A DNA stretch of 64,000 nucleotides from a virus: the IMG/VR virus record IMGVR_UViG_3300027708_000059. One strand, 5' to 3'. A program made the translations under genes and the position numbers. Under the pieces are notes generated by a model, which did not search any database, was not told the origin of the DNA, and worked only from the letters and a program-made list of their open reading frames with translations. The first letter of the stretch is position 1. Every line of letters starts with the position of its first letter. Of the stretch, positions 1-9,789 are shown piece by piece.

Positions 1-857
1 GATATTTGAGCAGGTGTAATAATAAATCCAGAAGTAAGATGTGTATCACTACTATTATCTAATATGTGTCTAACAAGAAGAAACTTAGATCTAAGAGGAG
101 ATTTTTTAAAAGAACGTTTGCCATAGTCCATATTAGATTGATTTAATACTTTGTCTATAGATAAAGATTCACAGCTTACATTAAACATAGGGATTTGTGA
201 ACTTTTTATTAATGACCAAAATGTATTGTATTGATAGAAACTATCACTCTTAGTATAAGTGATGGTTTTGCTTTCTTCATTGTACATTGGGTATTTTAAA
301 TAGTCTTTTAAATTGTGTGCTGGTTTTGGTACAAGTTCTAATAATCCAGAACATTGTTGACCATTATAAAGAATAGCTTTATTAAACCATCTATCATTTG
401 TTTCTACACGTGCATTGTAATTAAACACTCCATCTGGAATAGGTAGGTATTTATAAGCTTTAGTAAAGTCTTTTACATTCTGCAAAATCTCATCATGAAA
501 TTGATAACTAAATGGATATTCAATTACATATGGTTCTATATTACCATAGTATGTATTATATAATATGGTGTTAGTTAAATGTCTCCATATAGAAGCTGTA
601 TTAGTTTCTTCAAACTTTATAGCTGCTATTTGTATTACATTAAGACTTGTTATAGGAAGCATTTTAGTCACCTTACACCTACCTGTAGATTGGATAATAA
701 TTACACTAACAAGATCATCTACACTATAACTGATTCCAGATATAACAGCACTTTTTGGAATATTAGTTCCAAGTACGTTTCCTAGATTATCAGATATAGT
801 GAAAGGACCAGTTCTGTTTCCAGCTTTTGTTAATTTTACTATTATTGTTTTTGCCAT
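1..857 (-). CDS. structural (tail-module) protein, 3' end beyond window edge
   Basis: Minus-strand ATG near 857, 10 nt after the stop of the 1567-aa gene. The frame stays open to position 1 (MAKTIIVKLTKAGNRTGPFTISDNLGN...). It is absent from the ORF track because there is no in-window stop. Coordinates +/-2. Confidence 0.45.
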   Translation of the reverse strand, partial: MAKTIIVKLTKAGNRTGPFTISDNLGNVLGTNIPKSAVISGISYSVDDLVSVIIIQSTGRCKVTKMLPITSLNVIQIAAIKFEETNTASIWRHLTNTILYNTYYGNIEPYVIEYPFSYQFHDEILQNVKDFTKAYKYLPIPDGVFNYNARVETNDRWFNKAILYNGQQCSGLLELVPKPAHNLKDYLKYPMYNEESKTITYTKSDSFYQYNTFWSLIKSSQIPMFNVSCESLSIDKVLNQSNMDYGKRSFKKSPLRSKFLLVRHILDNSSDTHLTSGFIITPAQI

Positions 858-866
858 TTTATTTTA

Positions 867-3800
867 TTATGGTAATATAGTTGTAGTTGTTGTAGTTGTA
901 ACTTGTAATGCCATTCCTGCTAAATTACAATCAGATTGTTTAATGGCTGTTCCTGATAAACGACAATCTATCTCTGTTCCAGTTCCTGTTAAACGACAAT
1001 CACGTGTTGTACTAGTGGTTGTAGTTGTAGGTTCTGGAGGCAATGGTTTACGAGTGGTAGTTGTAGTACTAGTAATAGGCACTTCATTAATAGCAAGTGC
1101 TTCAAGATCACATCCTTCATTAAGTCCAGAATAGAAGAAATTATTCTCAGCTATATAAAAATTAGGAATATAACTATGAAAAGAAATCCAGCTCTGTGTA
1201 TTCATGTTGAACGAAAGTGTCCAAGATTTATTACAGAAGTATTCAGAATCAGTGAGATTTACAATTTTTATAAGTGGTGCTGTTGTAGGATTTTCAATAA
1301 TATAAAAGTCTCTAGTAACACTATTGTATTTAATTTTATCATTTAATGGAATATAGTCAAGTTTTGATATTATAACTCTATCATATTTGGAATCATATAC
1401 ACCATGTAAACCACAGCCATTGAAATGATTATCTGTATCCACTCCCTTAGTAACTATTCTTTCATTGTTTATAATCTCTTCTCTATCAGGGAAATATCTA
1501 AGAATCTCAAATGCTAAATGATCTGTAAAGAATCTATTAAGTCCAGATCCAAATGCAGAAAGATCTTGTGCTTGATTACCTGATATTAAAAAAACTTGTC
1601 CTCTTTTAGCATCTATTGTTATTTGTCCTTGAGGAATCTTTAATAACATTTTGTTTTGACTTCCTACATATCCAAGATCAGTTTCAGCAAAATCAATTGG
1701 AGGAGCTGATCTAAATAAACTATCATTACCAAGATAGGCAGCTTGAGGATTACTAGTTTGAACAGTGAGCATTGTATTATACAAAAGACTCTTATTTTCA
1801 AATCTAGCAAGAATAGCTTTATTTTGAATACCATCTAGTGATGTTAGTTTTCCATAGTTCTGTGGAAAATCAAACATTGCCACTGGAGAATATGATAACC
1901 AGTTATTAACTCTGTTATCAGCATTCACTTCTTGCGTATCAGAATAAATTGCTCTAAATGGATAATTTGTAAAACAAAGTTGTGCTTTCCAATCTGGAGG
2001 AAGATGTGAGAAAAAATCTTCTTTATTCTGTTTAGAAAATGTTATATTATAATAATATGTATTATCAAAAGCAATAGGCACAACACTTTGTTGAAACCAG
2101 TTATCTGGAATACCTGTACTTACATGTGGAAAGAAATCTCCCTCTTTATTATTAAATGCTTGTCTAAGATCTACATTAATAGAAGACTCACAATAGAATG
2201 AAGGAATACCATATGCAAATAAATAAAACTTTCCATCATAGAATGTCCTGCCAGGATTATTATCTTTAGGTTCTTGAGTGTTAGGACAATCAAAATTATG
2301 AGCCTTGTATGAAATGATATTTTTAAACTCAACTGTACCAGATGGATTAGTACTAGTTGTAGTAAAATCACTTAATACAGATCTAGCAGAATGCCAGTAT
2401 TTTGGATAGGCAACATTACCTATCTCATCATAAAATACATCTGAATCATCAGGAGCTCCCACTCTATTATCTATAAAAAAAGGAAGCTTTGTTTTAAATG
2501 CAAATCTACTAATAAATGTATCACCACCAAATACTACATCAGTGGAATATTTAGTAAGTGAATTTAAACTTCTCTGAAAGCCTGTATCAATTGTATTATA
2601 AGAATACATCTGTCCCCATTGGTTAACAAATGTATTTTTTAAAGATCCATAATAAGAGACAACCTTTATAGGTTGTTCTTGTTCAGGAGTTAAACAATTA
2701 GCTGTTTCAGAAATAGTAAATCTTGAATAATCAGAAATAACACTAGTTCCTCCAGGTGCAAGTGTTGGTGTATCACTAGGAAAAGGAAGAGCAGGATATG
2801 AAGTTTTAAATCTTTCTGTAGCTGTCTTTAAATAAACAGAAGATTCTCTACTAAAGTTATTAATATTATAAGTGTCTCCTACATTCTGTACACCTGGAAT
2901 AAGATATTGATAAAGATCAAGTTCTCTTTGTTTAATACCACTATTAGCAATACTTGCAGAATAGTCATAACTAGCTATTGAGTTAAAAGAATAAGCATAG
3001 TTTTTTCTTGTTATTCCATTTACATATATAGTGAGATAGGCTTGATATGCAGTGAACATTGCTCCTGCATTAAATGGATTAGTAATATTTGCTAATGCAG
3101 CACTAGATGTTAATGCATCACTTTGAGCTTCCTTAGTCAGTAATTTATAGAATGCATTCTTTTGAACTTTTACAAAATGAGCATTTCCTGCACCAAAAAT
3201 AGCACTCTCTAATTTAAGAACACCACCTAAGAATGGTTGTCCAAAAGAAGTCTCTGGTGAATTAAATACCATTCTATATTTAGAACCATCAGTGAATCCA
3301 CTTAAGTTTCCACCATCTGTATTGCAAACAAGCTTTCCTGTAGTTTTAGAAACAAAATCAACTCCTGATCCAACATTGTTTGATATGTTTATAGGAACAG
3401 TTATTGAGTTTACTTGTGGAGTTGAATTAGCATCAACCCATTCTGTATGTAGTCCATCTACAGGACTCACCCAAGAATACCTATTTCCTTTAAGAAATGC
3501 TGTATTAAGACGATATGTACTATAATTAGATAGAGAGATAGTTCCTGATGGGTCAGTAGTTTGAAAACTTGGTTTTCCTAAAGAACATATTTCAAATGAA
3601 CCAGCTGAAGCAAGATATGTACGTGTTGCAGGTTGGTTAGTATTACAATCTATATAAAGTAGAGTGTTGTTAATATTAGGAGTTATTGTATAAGTTTGAC
3701 ATTGTGCAGTGTATGAATTACTGTCTGAAAGAAGAAATGGATCTTTTTTAAGATCATTGTATGGATAGTTGGGATAGAAGAAATTAGTTTTCTCTCTTGT

Positions 3801-5570
3801 ATATTGACCAACATTTCTTAATATACCTTTAGCAACAATAGATTTATTTGTACTTCTATCTCCTCTTACAATCTTATATGCAGCAATGTCTGCTTTTTGA
3901 TCTGCTGTTAAATTTGATGAGCCAATTAATTGACTTATTTGTTGAGGGTTTATTCTAACACCAATAGGATAGACAGCATCAGCAGTTTGTATCACTGGTG
4001 CAAGTTGACCTCCACTATACACTAATGTAGGAGTTTCAAATATAGGACTAACTAAAACATCAGGAAATTTATGATGTCTAATAGGAGTGTTAGCAAGAGT
4101 TCCCCAAACATCTACATTACATGGATAAAGTTCTGTTGATTCCCAATAAGCAAATTCACCATACTGATATGGTGTGGCATTTCCAATTGGATCTCCTAAA
4201 GCAGCTCCAGTTACAGATGCTGTATTATATATTTTCCAATACGGACTATATCCTGTATCTCCTTGATAGTAAGTTGGTTCACCTATAAAGTCTGGATTAG
4301 TTGTAGGAACGTCTGGTTGAGAGAATTCGTTAAATCCCATCACTCTTCCTGGAATATGAAATCCATCAGTTTGTTTACCATTTCTTAAAAGAAAAACAAT
4401 CTCAAATGCATACACCTCATCTCTAAGATAACCTCTTAGATTTGTAGCATTAAGAGCATTTGAATAATTTTCTGTAGCTGGAATTTTATAAGTTTCCCAT
4501 TGAAGAGAAATCTGATTTGCAATACCCTGATAGTTAATTCTATCTATAGAGGTAAGTTGATCCCATACAAGTATGTCTTGAACAGCTGTAAGATCTTGAG
4601 CAATTTCATAATATGGATATTTTTCAAATATATCATTAATAGTCAGTTTTATTTGTGTTACATTCTGACCAGTGTATGTAATGTTTCTATTAGCTTGATC
4701 AATAAAATATGTGCCTGCTAATTCTACAGAAGAAATAGCATTAACAGTTTTAATTACTGCTAAATTAAAATATTGCCATTGTCCTGTAACATCTAAATTG
4801 CTGACATTTAATACAATAGATCTACCCACTTGATAATTAAATTCAAGTGTAGTTATCTGAGGATTAGCAATAGGAGTTGGATTAGTGACAGAATAATAAG
4901 AAGTGTATGGATTACCAGCTGCATCAGAATATTGTATAGCAAATTGATAAGTGCCAGCAGTGAGATCTCCCCCAGTGTCAATATGTGTAATAGCTAAATT
5001 AGGAATACTGAAATTAGGTTGCATCTTGAGTTGATTACAATCAATTTCATTTAAATAAGATGGAGTACAGAGAGTGGCCCCAGGAGCTATTATATATGGA
5101 ATGTTATTAAGATCTAAATATCTTCTAGGATTAAGTCCATCAGTCCAGTAGATTTCTGTTGTACAATTGGTAATCTTGTGTACAATTTTATGTATAGGAT
5201 AATCTATATTAAATGCTAAACAAGGAGCATCTATGTAAATATGATAGATGCAATCATTGTTATCCATATATCCAATTTGAGATCCTCCTGTTCCAGGATT
5301 CACTAAAAAGAATATATGTTTATTTTGTTCAGCAATAAAATGCTCACCTATCAAATGATAATTTGTAGGAAAGAGTAGGCAAAATTCATTCCCTGGCTCA
5401 TTCTGATAATTAACAGAGTTTGAGTCAAAGTTTTCAACAGCAGCATTTAATGCATACGTGAGTTTACCTTTAGGAATCTGATTAACAGTTTGATCTAAAT
5501 TTAAACCTGTAGTAGCATTATTATATTCTGGTATAACATTGCCAGCTTGATTATTATCTTCTCCAGCCAT
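867..5570 (-). CDS. giant tail fibre / tailspike-like structural protein (1567 aa)
   Basis: Longest ORF, at the distal end of the structural operon. Poly-Thr linkers and three C-terminal DC(R/N)L-G cysteine repeats. Size and position are typical of a receptor-binding fibre. Confidence 0.6.
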   Translation of the reverse strand: MAGEDNNQAGNVIPEYNNATTGLNLDQTVNQIPKGKLTYALNAAVENFDSNSVNYQNEPGNEFCLLFPTNYHLIGEHFIAEQNKHIFFLVNPGTGGSQIGYMDNNDCIYHIYIDAPCLAFNIDYPIHKIVHKITNCTTEIYWTDGLNPRRYLDLNNIPYIIAPGATLCTPSYLNEIDCNQLKMQPNFSIPNLAITHIDTGGDLTAGTYQFAIQYSDAAGNPYTSYYSVTNPTPIANPQITTLEFNYQVGRSIVLNVSNLDVTGQWQYFNLAVIKTVNAISSVELAGTYFIDQANRNITYTGQNVTQIKLTINDIFEKYPYYEIAQDLTAVQDILVWDQLTSIDRINYQGIANQISLQWETYKIPATENYSNALNATNLRGYLRDEVYAFEIVFLLRNGKQTDGFHIPGRVMGFNEFSQPDVPTTNPDFIGEPTYYQGDTGYSPYWKIYNTASVTGAALGDPIGNATPYQYGEFAYWESTELYPCNVDVWGTLANTPIRHHKFPDVLVSPIFETPTLVYSGGQLAPVIQTADAVYPIGVRINPQQISQLIGSSNLTADQKADIAAYKIVRGDRSTNKSIVAKGILRNVGQYTREKTNFFYPNYPYNDLKKDPFLLSDSNSYTAQCQTYTITPNINNTLLYIDCNTNQPATRTYLASAGSFEICSLGKPSFQTTDPSGTISLSNYSTYRLNTAFLKGNRYSWVSPVDGLHTEWVDANSTPQVNSITVPINISNNVGSGVDFVSKTTGKLVCNTDGGNLSGFTDGSKYRMVFNSPETSFGQPFLGGVLKLESAIFGAGNAHFVKVQKNAFYKLLTKEAQSDALTSSAALANITNPFNAGAMFTAYQAYLTIYVNGITRKNYAYSFNSIASYDYSASIANSGIKQRELDLYQYLIPGVQNVGDTYNINNFSRESSVYLKTATERFKTSYPALPFPSDTPTLAPGGTSVISDYSRFTISETANCLTPEQEQPIKVVSYYGSLKNTFVNQWGQMYSYNTIDTGFQRSLNSLTKYSTDVVFGGDTFISRFAFKTKLPFFIDNRVGAPDDSDVFYDEIGNVAYPKYWHSARSVLSDFTTTSTNPSGTVEFKNIISYKAHNFDCPNTQEPKDNNPGRTFYDGKFYLFAYGIPSFYCESSINVDLRQAFNNKEGDFFPHVSTGIPDNWFQQSVVPIAFDNTYYYNITFSKQNKEDFFSHLPPDWKAQLCFTNYPFRAIYSDTQEVNADNRVNNWLSYSPVAMFDFPQNYGKLTSLDGIQNKAILARFENKSLLYNTMLTVQTSNPQAAYLGNDSLFRSAPPIDFAETDLGYVGSQNKMLLKIPQGQITIDAKRGQVFLISGNQAQDLSAFGSGLNRFFTDHLAFEILRYFPDREEIINNERIVTKGVDTDNHFNGCGLHGVYDSKYDRVIISKLDYIPLNDKIKYNSVTRDFYIIENPTTAPLIKIVNLTDSEYFCNKSWTLSFNMNTQSWISFHSYIPNFYIAENNFFYSGLNEGCDLEALAINEVPITSTTTTTRKPLPPEPTTTTTSTTRDCRLTGTGTEIDCRLSGTAIKQSDCNLAGMALQVTTTTTTTILP

Positions 5571-6525
5571 ATCTATTAGTTCTGTTTGGTAATTCGTACA
5601 TGTTCAATCTATTCAAATCTTGTGTAACTCTTCTTTGTTTAGCGTACACATCTTGCTTCTTAATTTCAATATCTGCCATAATAAAGGCTTCTTCTGAAAG
5701 TTGTTTATAATAAACTAGCTTCTGCTGAATCTGTTGAAATGTTTCATCATTCACCTGATTAGATAAAGTCTCAAACATTTTATATTTAATAAATGCTTCT
5801 ATATATTCCCTTACACGAAAATTATCAGGAATCATTTGATTACCTGCTGTGTCATATTCATTAGCATAAAATATAATTTGAACTACACCTCTTTGAAAGT
5901 TTGTAACAAATTTGTTATCTCTAATGTCAAATGAATCAACAGAAGAAGATCCTGGAGATGATGAGTTATTAGCAACACCATTGTATCCATAAGCTTCTGG
6001 ATTATTGTTATAATCTAAAGAACAATTTCTTCTAGCAGATATGTTTCCTGGCTTAAGTAGATAGGACTGTGTGAAAGATCGTGCTACTTGATTATTTGTT
6101 TTATATACAGTTTGAATTAATTCAGGCATACATTCTCCACCACACTGAGGATCGGTACATCCAACATTAGAACAAGCAGGTCCCCCATATGTAATTGGAG
6201 AAACTTGTATTGTTGTTTGGGATGCAGCTTGAGAATAAAATGAATTTGCTGATTGATATGGATATTGAGGAACTTCTGCACACATCCATGCTTCTCTCAT
6301 AGCAAAGAAGTTATCTGGAAGTCTAGCCTCATAACCCTCTATATAAAGAATTTGTTCAGCTATAACATATGAACTTCTGCCTAACTTCCTAAGACATTTG
6401 TCTGCATAAGTTGGGAACATTAGATCATCTATTGCTCCAGTGTCAAAATAACTTTTTAATTCTTCCTTTACGGTTGAATAAACTATTTCAGGAGTTGTAA
6501 AATTGTATTTGTAGTAGTATGACAT
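5554..6525 (-). CDS. hypothetical tail/baseplate-module protein (Cys-rich)
   Basis: ORF in the tail gene block, start overlapping the downstream gene. CxxxxCxxxQCGGEC cysteine cluster. Confidence 0.4.
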   Translation of the reverse strand: MSYYYKYNFTTPEIVYSTVKEELKSYFDTGAIDDLMFPTYADKCLRKLGRSSYVIAEQILYIEGYEARLPDNFFAMREAWMCAEVPQYPYQSANSFYSQAASQTTIQVSPITYGGPACSNVGCTDPQCGGECMPELIQTVYKTNNQVARSFTQSYLLKPGNISARRNCSLDYNNNPEAYGYNGVANNSSSPGSSSVDSFDIRDNKFVTNFQRGVVQIIFYANEYDTAGNQMIPDNFRVREYIEAFIKYKMFETLSNQVNDETFQQIQQKLVYYKQLSEEAFIMADIEIKKQDVYAKQRRVTQDLNRLNMYELPNRTNRYGWRR

Positions 6526-6532
6526 TTATATA

Positions 6533-7009
6533 TTATTTTCGCCATTCAGAATAAATATGTTGATATTTTTCATCAGTGTTAATGTAATGTGCCAAGAGTC
6601 TTGAGGTGGTACGAGAGGGTTTAAAATACCAAAACTCTAAATGTTTTATTCTTGCACGTTCTTTGAACCAAACCCATCCAAAGAAATAACCTTCAGTGTG
6701 GTAATTAAAATTATATATCACTTTACCTTTTGCTTTAGTCTTTTGCCAATCAATAGGAAGATTAATGAATTCTTTTCCATTATTTGTTTTTATCTTCTTT
6801 CTCTTCTTCTTATTGATTGAGAATTCTCCAAAACCAAAAGGGAGCCTTGCTCTCTCTCCAGTTTCTAATATATAATTTTTGAAAGACTCATTGAAAGAAT
6901 AAACGATATTCTTCCACTCATCAAATGTAATTTTAATTGATGGATGCTTTTTGCAGAAATTGTTGTAGTTTTCTTTACTGGAACTTCTCCAGTCAGTTTT
7001 TACTCTCAT
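6533..7009 (-). CDS. hypothetical protein (basic)
   Basis: Compact ORF in the structural operon. Stop and start are shared with its neighbour (7009). Confidence 0.4.
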   Translation of the reverse strand: MRVKTDWRSSSKENYNNFCKKHPSIKITFDEWKNIVYSFNESFKNYILETGERARLPFGFGEFSINKKKRKKIKTNNGKEFINLPIDWQKTKAKGKVIYNFNYHTEGYFFGWVWFKERARIKHLEFWYFKPSRTTSRLLAHYINTDEKYQHIYSEWRK

Positions 7010-7725
7010 TACTGTTTACTTACTTGATCATCTTTATTATCAGATGTTTTATCATCATTGATTCTAAAATATGTAGCAAGAAGCTTTTGTGATGTGAGAG
7101 CTAACACCTGGTTTTGCAAATATCCAGGTAGGGCATATTCTTTATCAAGAGGATTTTTACAAAAGTCTTCAAGATTGGGTTCATGTCCACCACAACCACA
7201 TTCAGGATACATTACTTCATTAGGAACATCTTCTTCAAATAAAGCAGAAATTCTTATTGCTTTTAATAAAGGATTGTTAATATATAGATAATCATTCTGA
7301 ATCCAATAGTATTCTTCATTCTTAATGATGGGAAGTTTTATTAGATTTACATATCTATTGATTGTAATTTCTTTTAATTTCTTACCAACACCACTTAATG
7401 CATTTATTGAATAAACTCCTTGTATAATATATTGATAGTTTCCCTCAGCTATACGTGGAAGTTTAAATCTACTTCTTCCAATTGAACAGGGATCTACATA
7501 TTCACAACATTCAGAAATAGAGACTTCCACCATCTCTAAACAAGGAATGGTGGTAAACAATGTATCAGTAGCCCAAAGCTTTCTGAGATTTGTTTCTCTC
7601 TTAACTAATAATAAAGTGTTATTTCTAATCTCAGATGCCACCACTCTATCAGTGATGAGGTTATCTGTTGATAACAATTTGTGCATTGAACGCACATCTG
7701 AAACTACTTTTCTTAATGTTGCCAT
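7009..7725 (-). CDS. hypothetical structural-module protein
   Basis: ORF with ATGA-type overlap to its neighbours. CGCGGHEPN cysteine motif. Confidence 0.4.
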   Translation of the reverse strand: MATLRKVVSDVRSMHKLLSTDNLITDRVVASEIRNNTLLLVKRETNLRKLWATDTLFTTIPCLEMVEVSISECCEYVDPCSIGRSRFKLPRIAEGNYQYIIQGVYSINALSGVGKKLKEITINRYVNLIKLPIIKNEEYYWIQNDYLYINNPLLKAIRISALFEEDVPNEVMYPECGCGGHEPNLEDFCKNPLDKEYALPGYLQNQVLALTSQKLLATYFRINDDKTSDNKDDQVSKQ

Positions 7726-8975
7726 TATAAATATTGTTTGAATATATTTGTCATTCCATCAAATTCATCTATTAGGAATGCTGTAACTTCTGCTTTGGAC
7801 ATTGTGTGACCGTTCTTATCATCCCAAAGACTTTTAGCGTTTGAGAAAGAAGGAATTTGATAAAACTTAATTCCATTAAAATCATGACTCACTTCATGAT
7901 GTTTATCTCCAGTGAATATGTAGAAATTGGAATGATCACTCCAAGAATCTCTATATTCCATTGGAAACAATGCTGCAAGTTTAGCTGGTTTAATTGCATC
8001 TCCATGATTAAACATTAATGCTGATTCACCATAGCTTACGTATTTTCTATATTTAGGAGAACCATCAAATGTAACTCTAGGTTCATTTCTAAAATATGTT
8101 TGTAACCAACTAACTAAATGCCATCCTACATATTCATCATGATTTCCAGCTACATATATAATTTCTACATCATTTGAGTATTGTAGCAACAGTGATGTCA
8201 TTAACACCTCATGTTCACAGATTAGTTTAAATGAATCTTGATATGAACATATGTTCTGTTGAGGAGTTCCTTTGGTGGTCATATTTGTCCACTCACTATT
8301 AAACTCATCAGAACCAATTATATATTTAATTTGAGAAAGATTATTAGACATATTAGCTTGTGCTAATATAACTTCCACCTTATACATGATAGTTGCAAAT
8401 CTATCATAAATATTATTATTTCCATCTATATCATGTTTGTTTAGATGGCTATCTTGTTTATTGATAATAATACAACCATTTCTTTTTGCTGGAGTATATT
8501 TTACCTCAACCATTTCTGGAGAGACTGGTTCATATGTAGATAGGAATTCTACAAATGCATCCTGAAAAACTTCTTCTGTTTTCTTCTTACCTAACCAAGC
8601 TTTAACTTGCCAATGAGGTGTTTCGCCATTACCCCAATAGTTCTGGACATATTTAGTTATTTCCCATTTAGATGTATCAATATTACATTTTTCAATCAAT
8701 TCATCTAGACTCTTAATTTCATTCTTGGAATTGATAACAACTTCTCCTGTTCCCTTTATAAGATCTTCTTCATATTTTAATATCTGTTCCTCTAGTTCAT
8801 TAATATAAACTCCAACCTCAGCATCATCTTGTACAGTTTCTCTATTTCTTAATTCATTTAATAATTCATCAACCTCATTTTCTGTAATTCCAAGCTTTTC
8901 AGCATAGAACTTTTTACTTTTTTTCCAACCTAAAAGTTTTTCAAGTTGTTGTAACAGTTGTTGATTTTCTGACAT
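7725..8975 (-). CDS. calcineurin-like metallophosphoesterase domain protein
   Basis: C-terminal half carries metallophosphatase motifs (YVAGNHDE ... MFNHGDA). Preceded by its own terminator, so it starts a transcription unit. Confidence 0.55.
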   Translation of the reverse strand: MSENQQLLQQLEKLLGWKKSKKFYAEKLGITENEVDELLNELRNRETVQDDAEVGVYINELEEQILKYEEDLIKGTGEVVINSKNEIKSLDELIEKCNIDTSKWEITKYVQNYWGNGETPHWQVKAWLGKKKTEEVFQDAFVEFLSTYEPVSPEMVEVKYTPAKRNGCIIINKQDSHLNKHDIDGNNNIYDRFATIMYKVEVILAQANMSNNLSQIKYIIGSDEFNSEWTNMTTKGTPQQNICSYQDSFKLICEHEVLMTSLLLQYSNDVEIIYVAGNHDEYVGWHLVSWLQTYFRNEPRVTFDGSPKYRKYVSYGESALMFNHGDAIKPAKLAALFPMEYRDSWSDHSNFYIFTGDKHHEVSHDFNGIKFYQIPSFSNAKSLWDDKNGHTMSKAEVTAFLIDEFDGMTNIFKQYL

Positions 8976-9080
8976 ATTTAGTTTAGTTTAGTTAAATTAG
9001 CCCAAAGATACGTATTAATTTTTATATTTACCAAATTAATTTAACTTATTTAGTTATATAGTTTAATCAAGTTGGTTATA

Positions 9081-9110
9081 AATAAAAACTCCCAGAGTAG
9101 AAACTCTAGG
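9081..9110 (-). terminator. rho-independent terminator after gene 9153-9764
   Basis: Minus-strand hairpin CCTAGAGT-ttct-ACTCTGGG followed by AGUUUUUAUU. Confidence 0.45.
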
Positions 9111-9152
9111 AGATAAACCCTGTAAAACCAATAAAACAGAGTTTTTTATTAT

Positions 9153-9764
9153 TTATAGAGTCTCACAAAGACCATATCCTGTTATTGTATATGTGTTACC
9201 ACCCACTATTATATCTTGTGGATTAGTTACTATTGTCTGACCTGCTATTACTAAATTTGAAAATTTTCTACTTTGCCAGTCATTATGTGGATTACCACTA
9301 AGAGCTACAAAGACATAACCAGGAAATCCAGTATTTAGTGTAGTTGCAAAGGTGCCTGTATCAGACATCACTGAACATCCTGTATCAGTGTATCCTTGAA
9401 CAGTACCACTAACACTTAAAGAATCAAGTAAGGTTCCAGGGAACACTACATCTATGTATGCTGTATAATCTGGTTTATCTTGTGTACGAACGTTTATTGT
9501 TGCTTGAACAGGTGGTAGAGTAGTGGTAGTTGTTGTAGTGATAGTTGCCAATGATATATCTATATAATTTGTACACGTAGCATTAGATTTAACTCTTATA
9601 GTTGTAGTGGAATTTGGAACTAAATACGATGTATATCCAGCTACAAGAGAAGATTTGGCTATACCTGTTTCAAAGGCTGCTGTATATCCATCTACATTTG
9701 AATATAGATTAAAGTTTCCTGTATCTGCCCCAGCAGTAGTTAGTGTTATTATAGCTGTTAACAT
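9153..9764 (-). CDS. Thr-rich structural protein
   Basis: ORF in the fibre region with a TTTTTTT linker, similar to its neighbours. Confidence 0.4.
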   Translation of the reverse strand: MLTAIITLTTAGADTGNFNLYSNVDGYTAAFETGIAKSSLVAGYTSYLVPNSTTTIRVKSNATCTNYIDISLATITTTTTTTLPPVQATINVRTQDKPDYTAYIDVVFPGTLLDSLSVSGTVQGYTDTGCSVMSDTGTFATTLNTGFPGYVFVALSGNPHNDWQSRKFSNLVIAGQTIVTNPQDIIVGGNTYTITGYGLCETL

Positions 9765-9789
9765 ATTATTTATTTATTTATTTGGTTTA

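Noticed and set aside
799-1134. Plus-strand 111-aa ORF rich in Val (VVVVVVTC...)
   Set aside because: It is the antisense reading of the poly-Thr/Cys-repeat coding region of the 1567-aa minus-strand gene. The same artefact explains 10328-10654 (+), 12767-13009 (+) and 63021-63350 (+).
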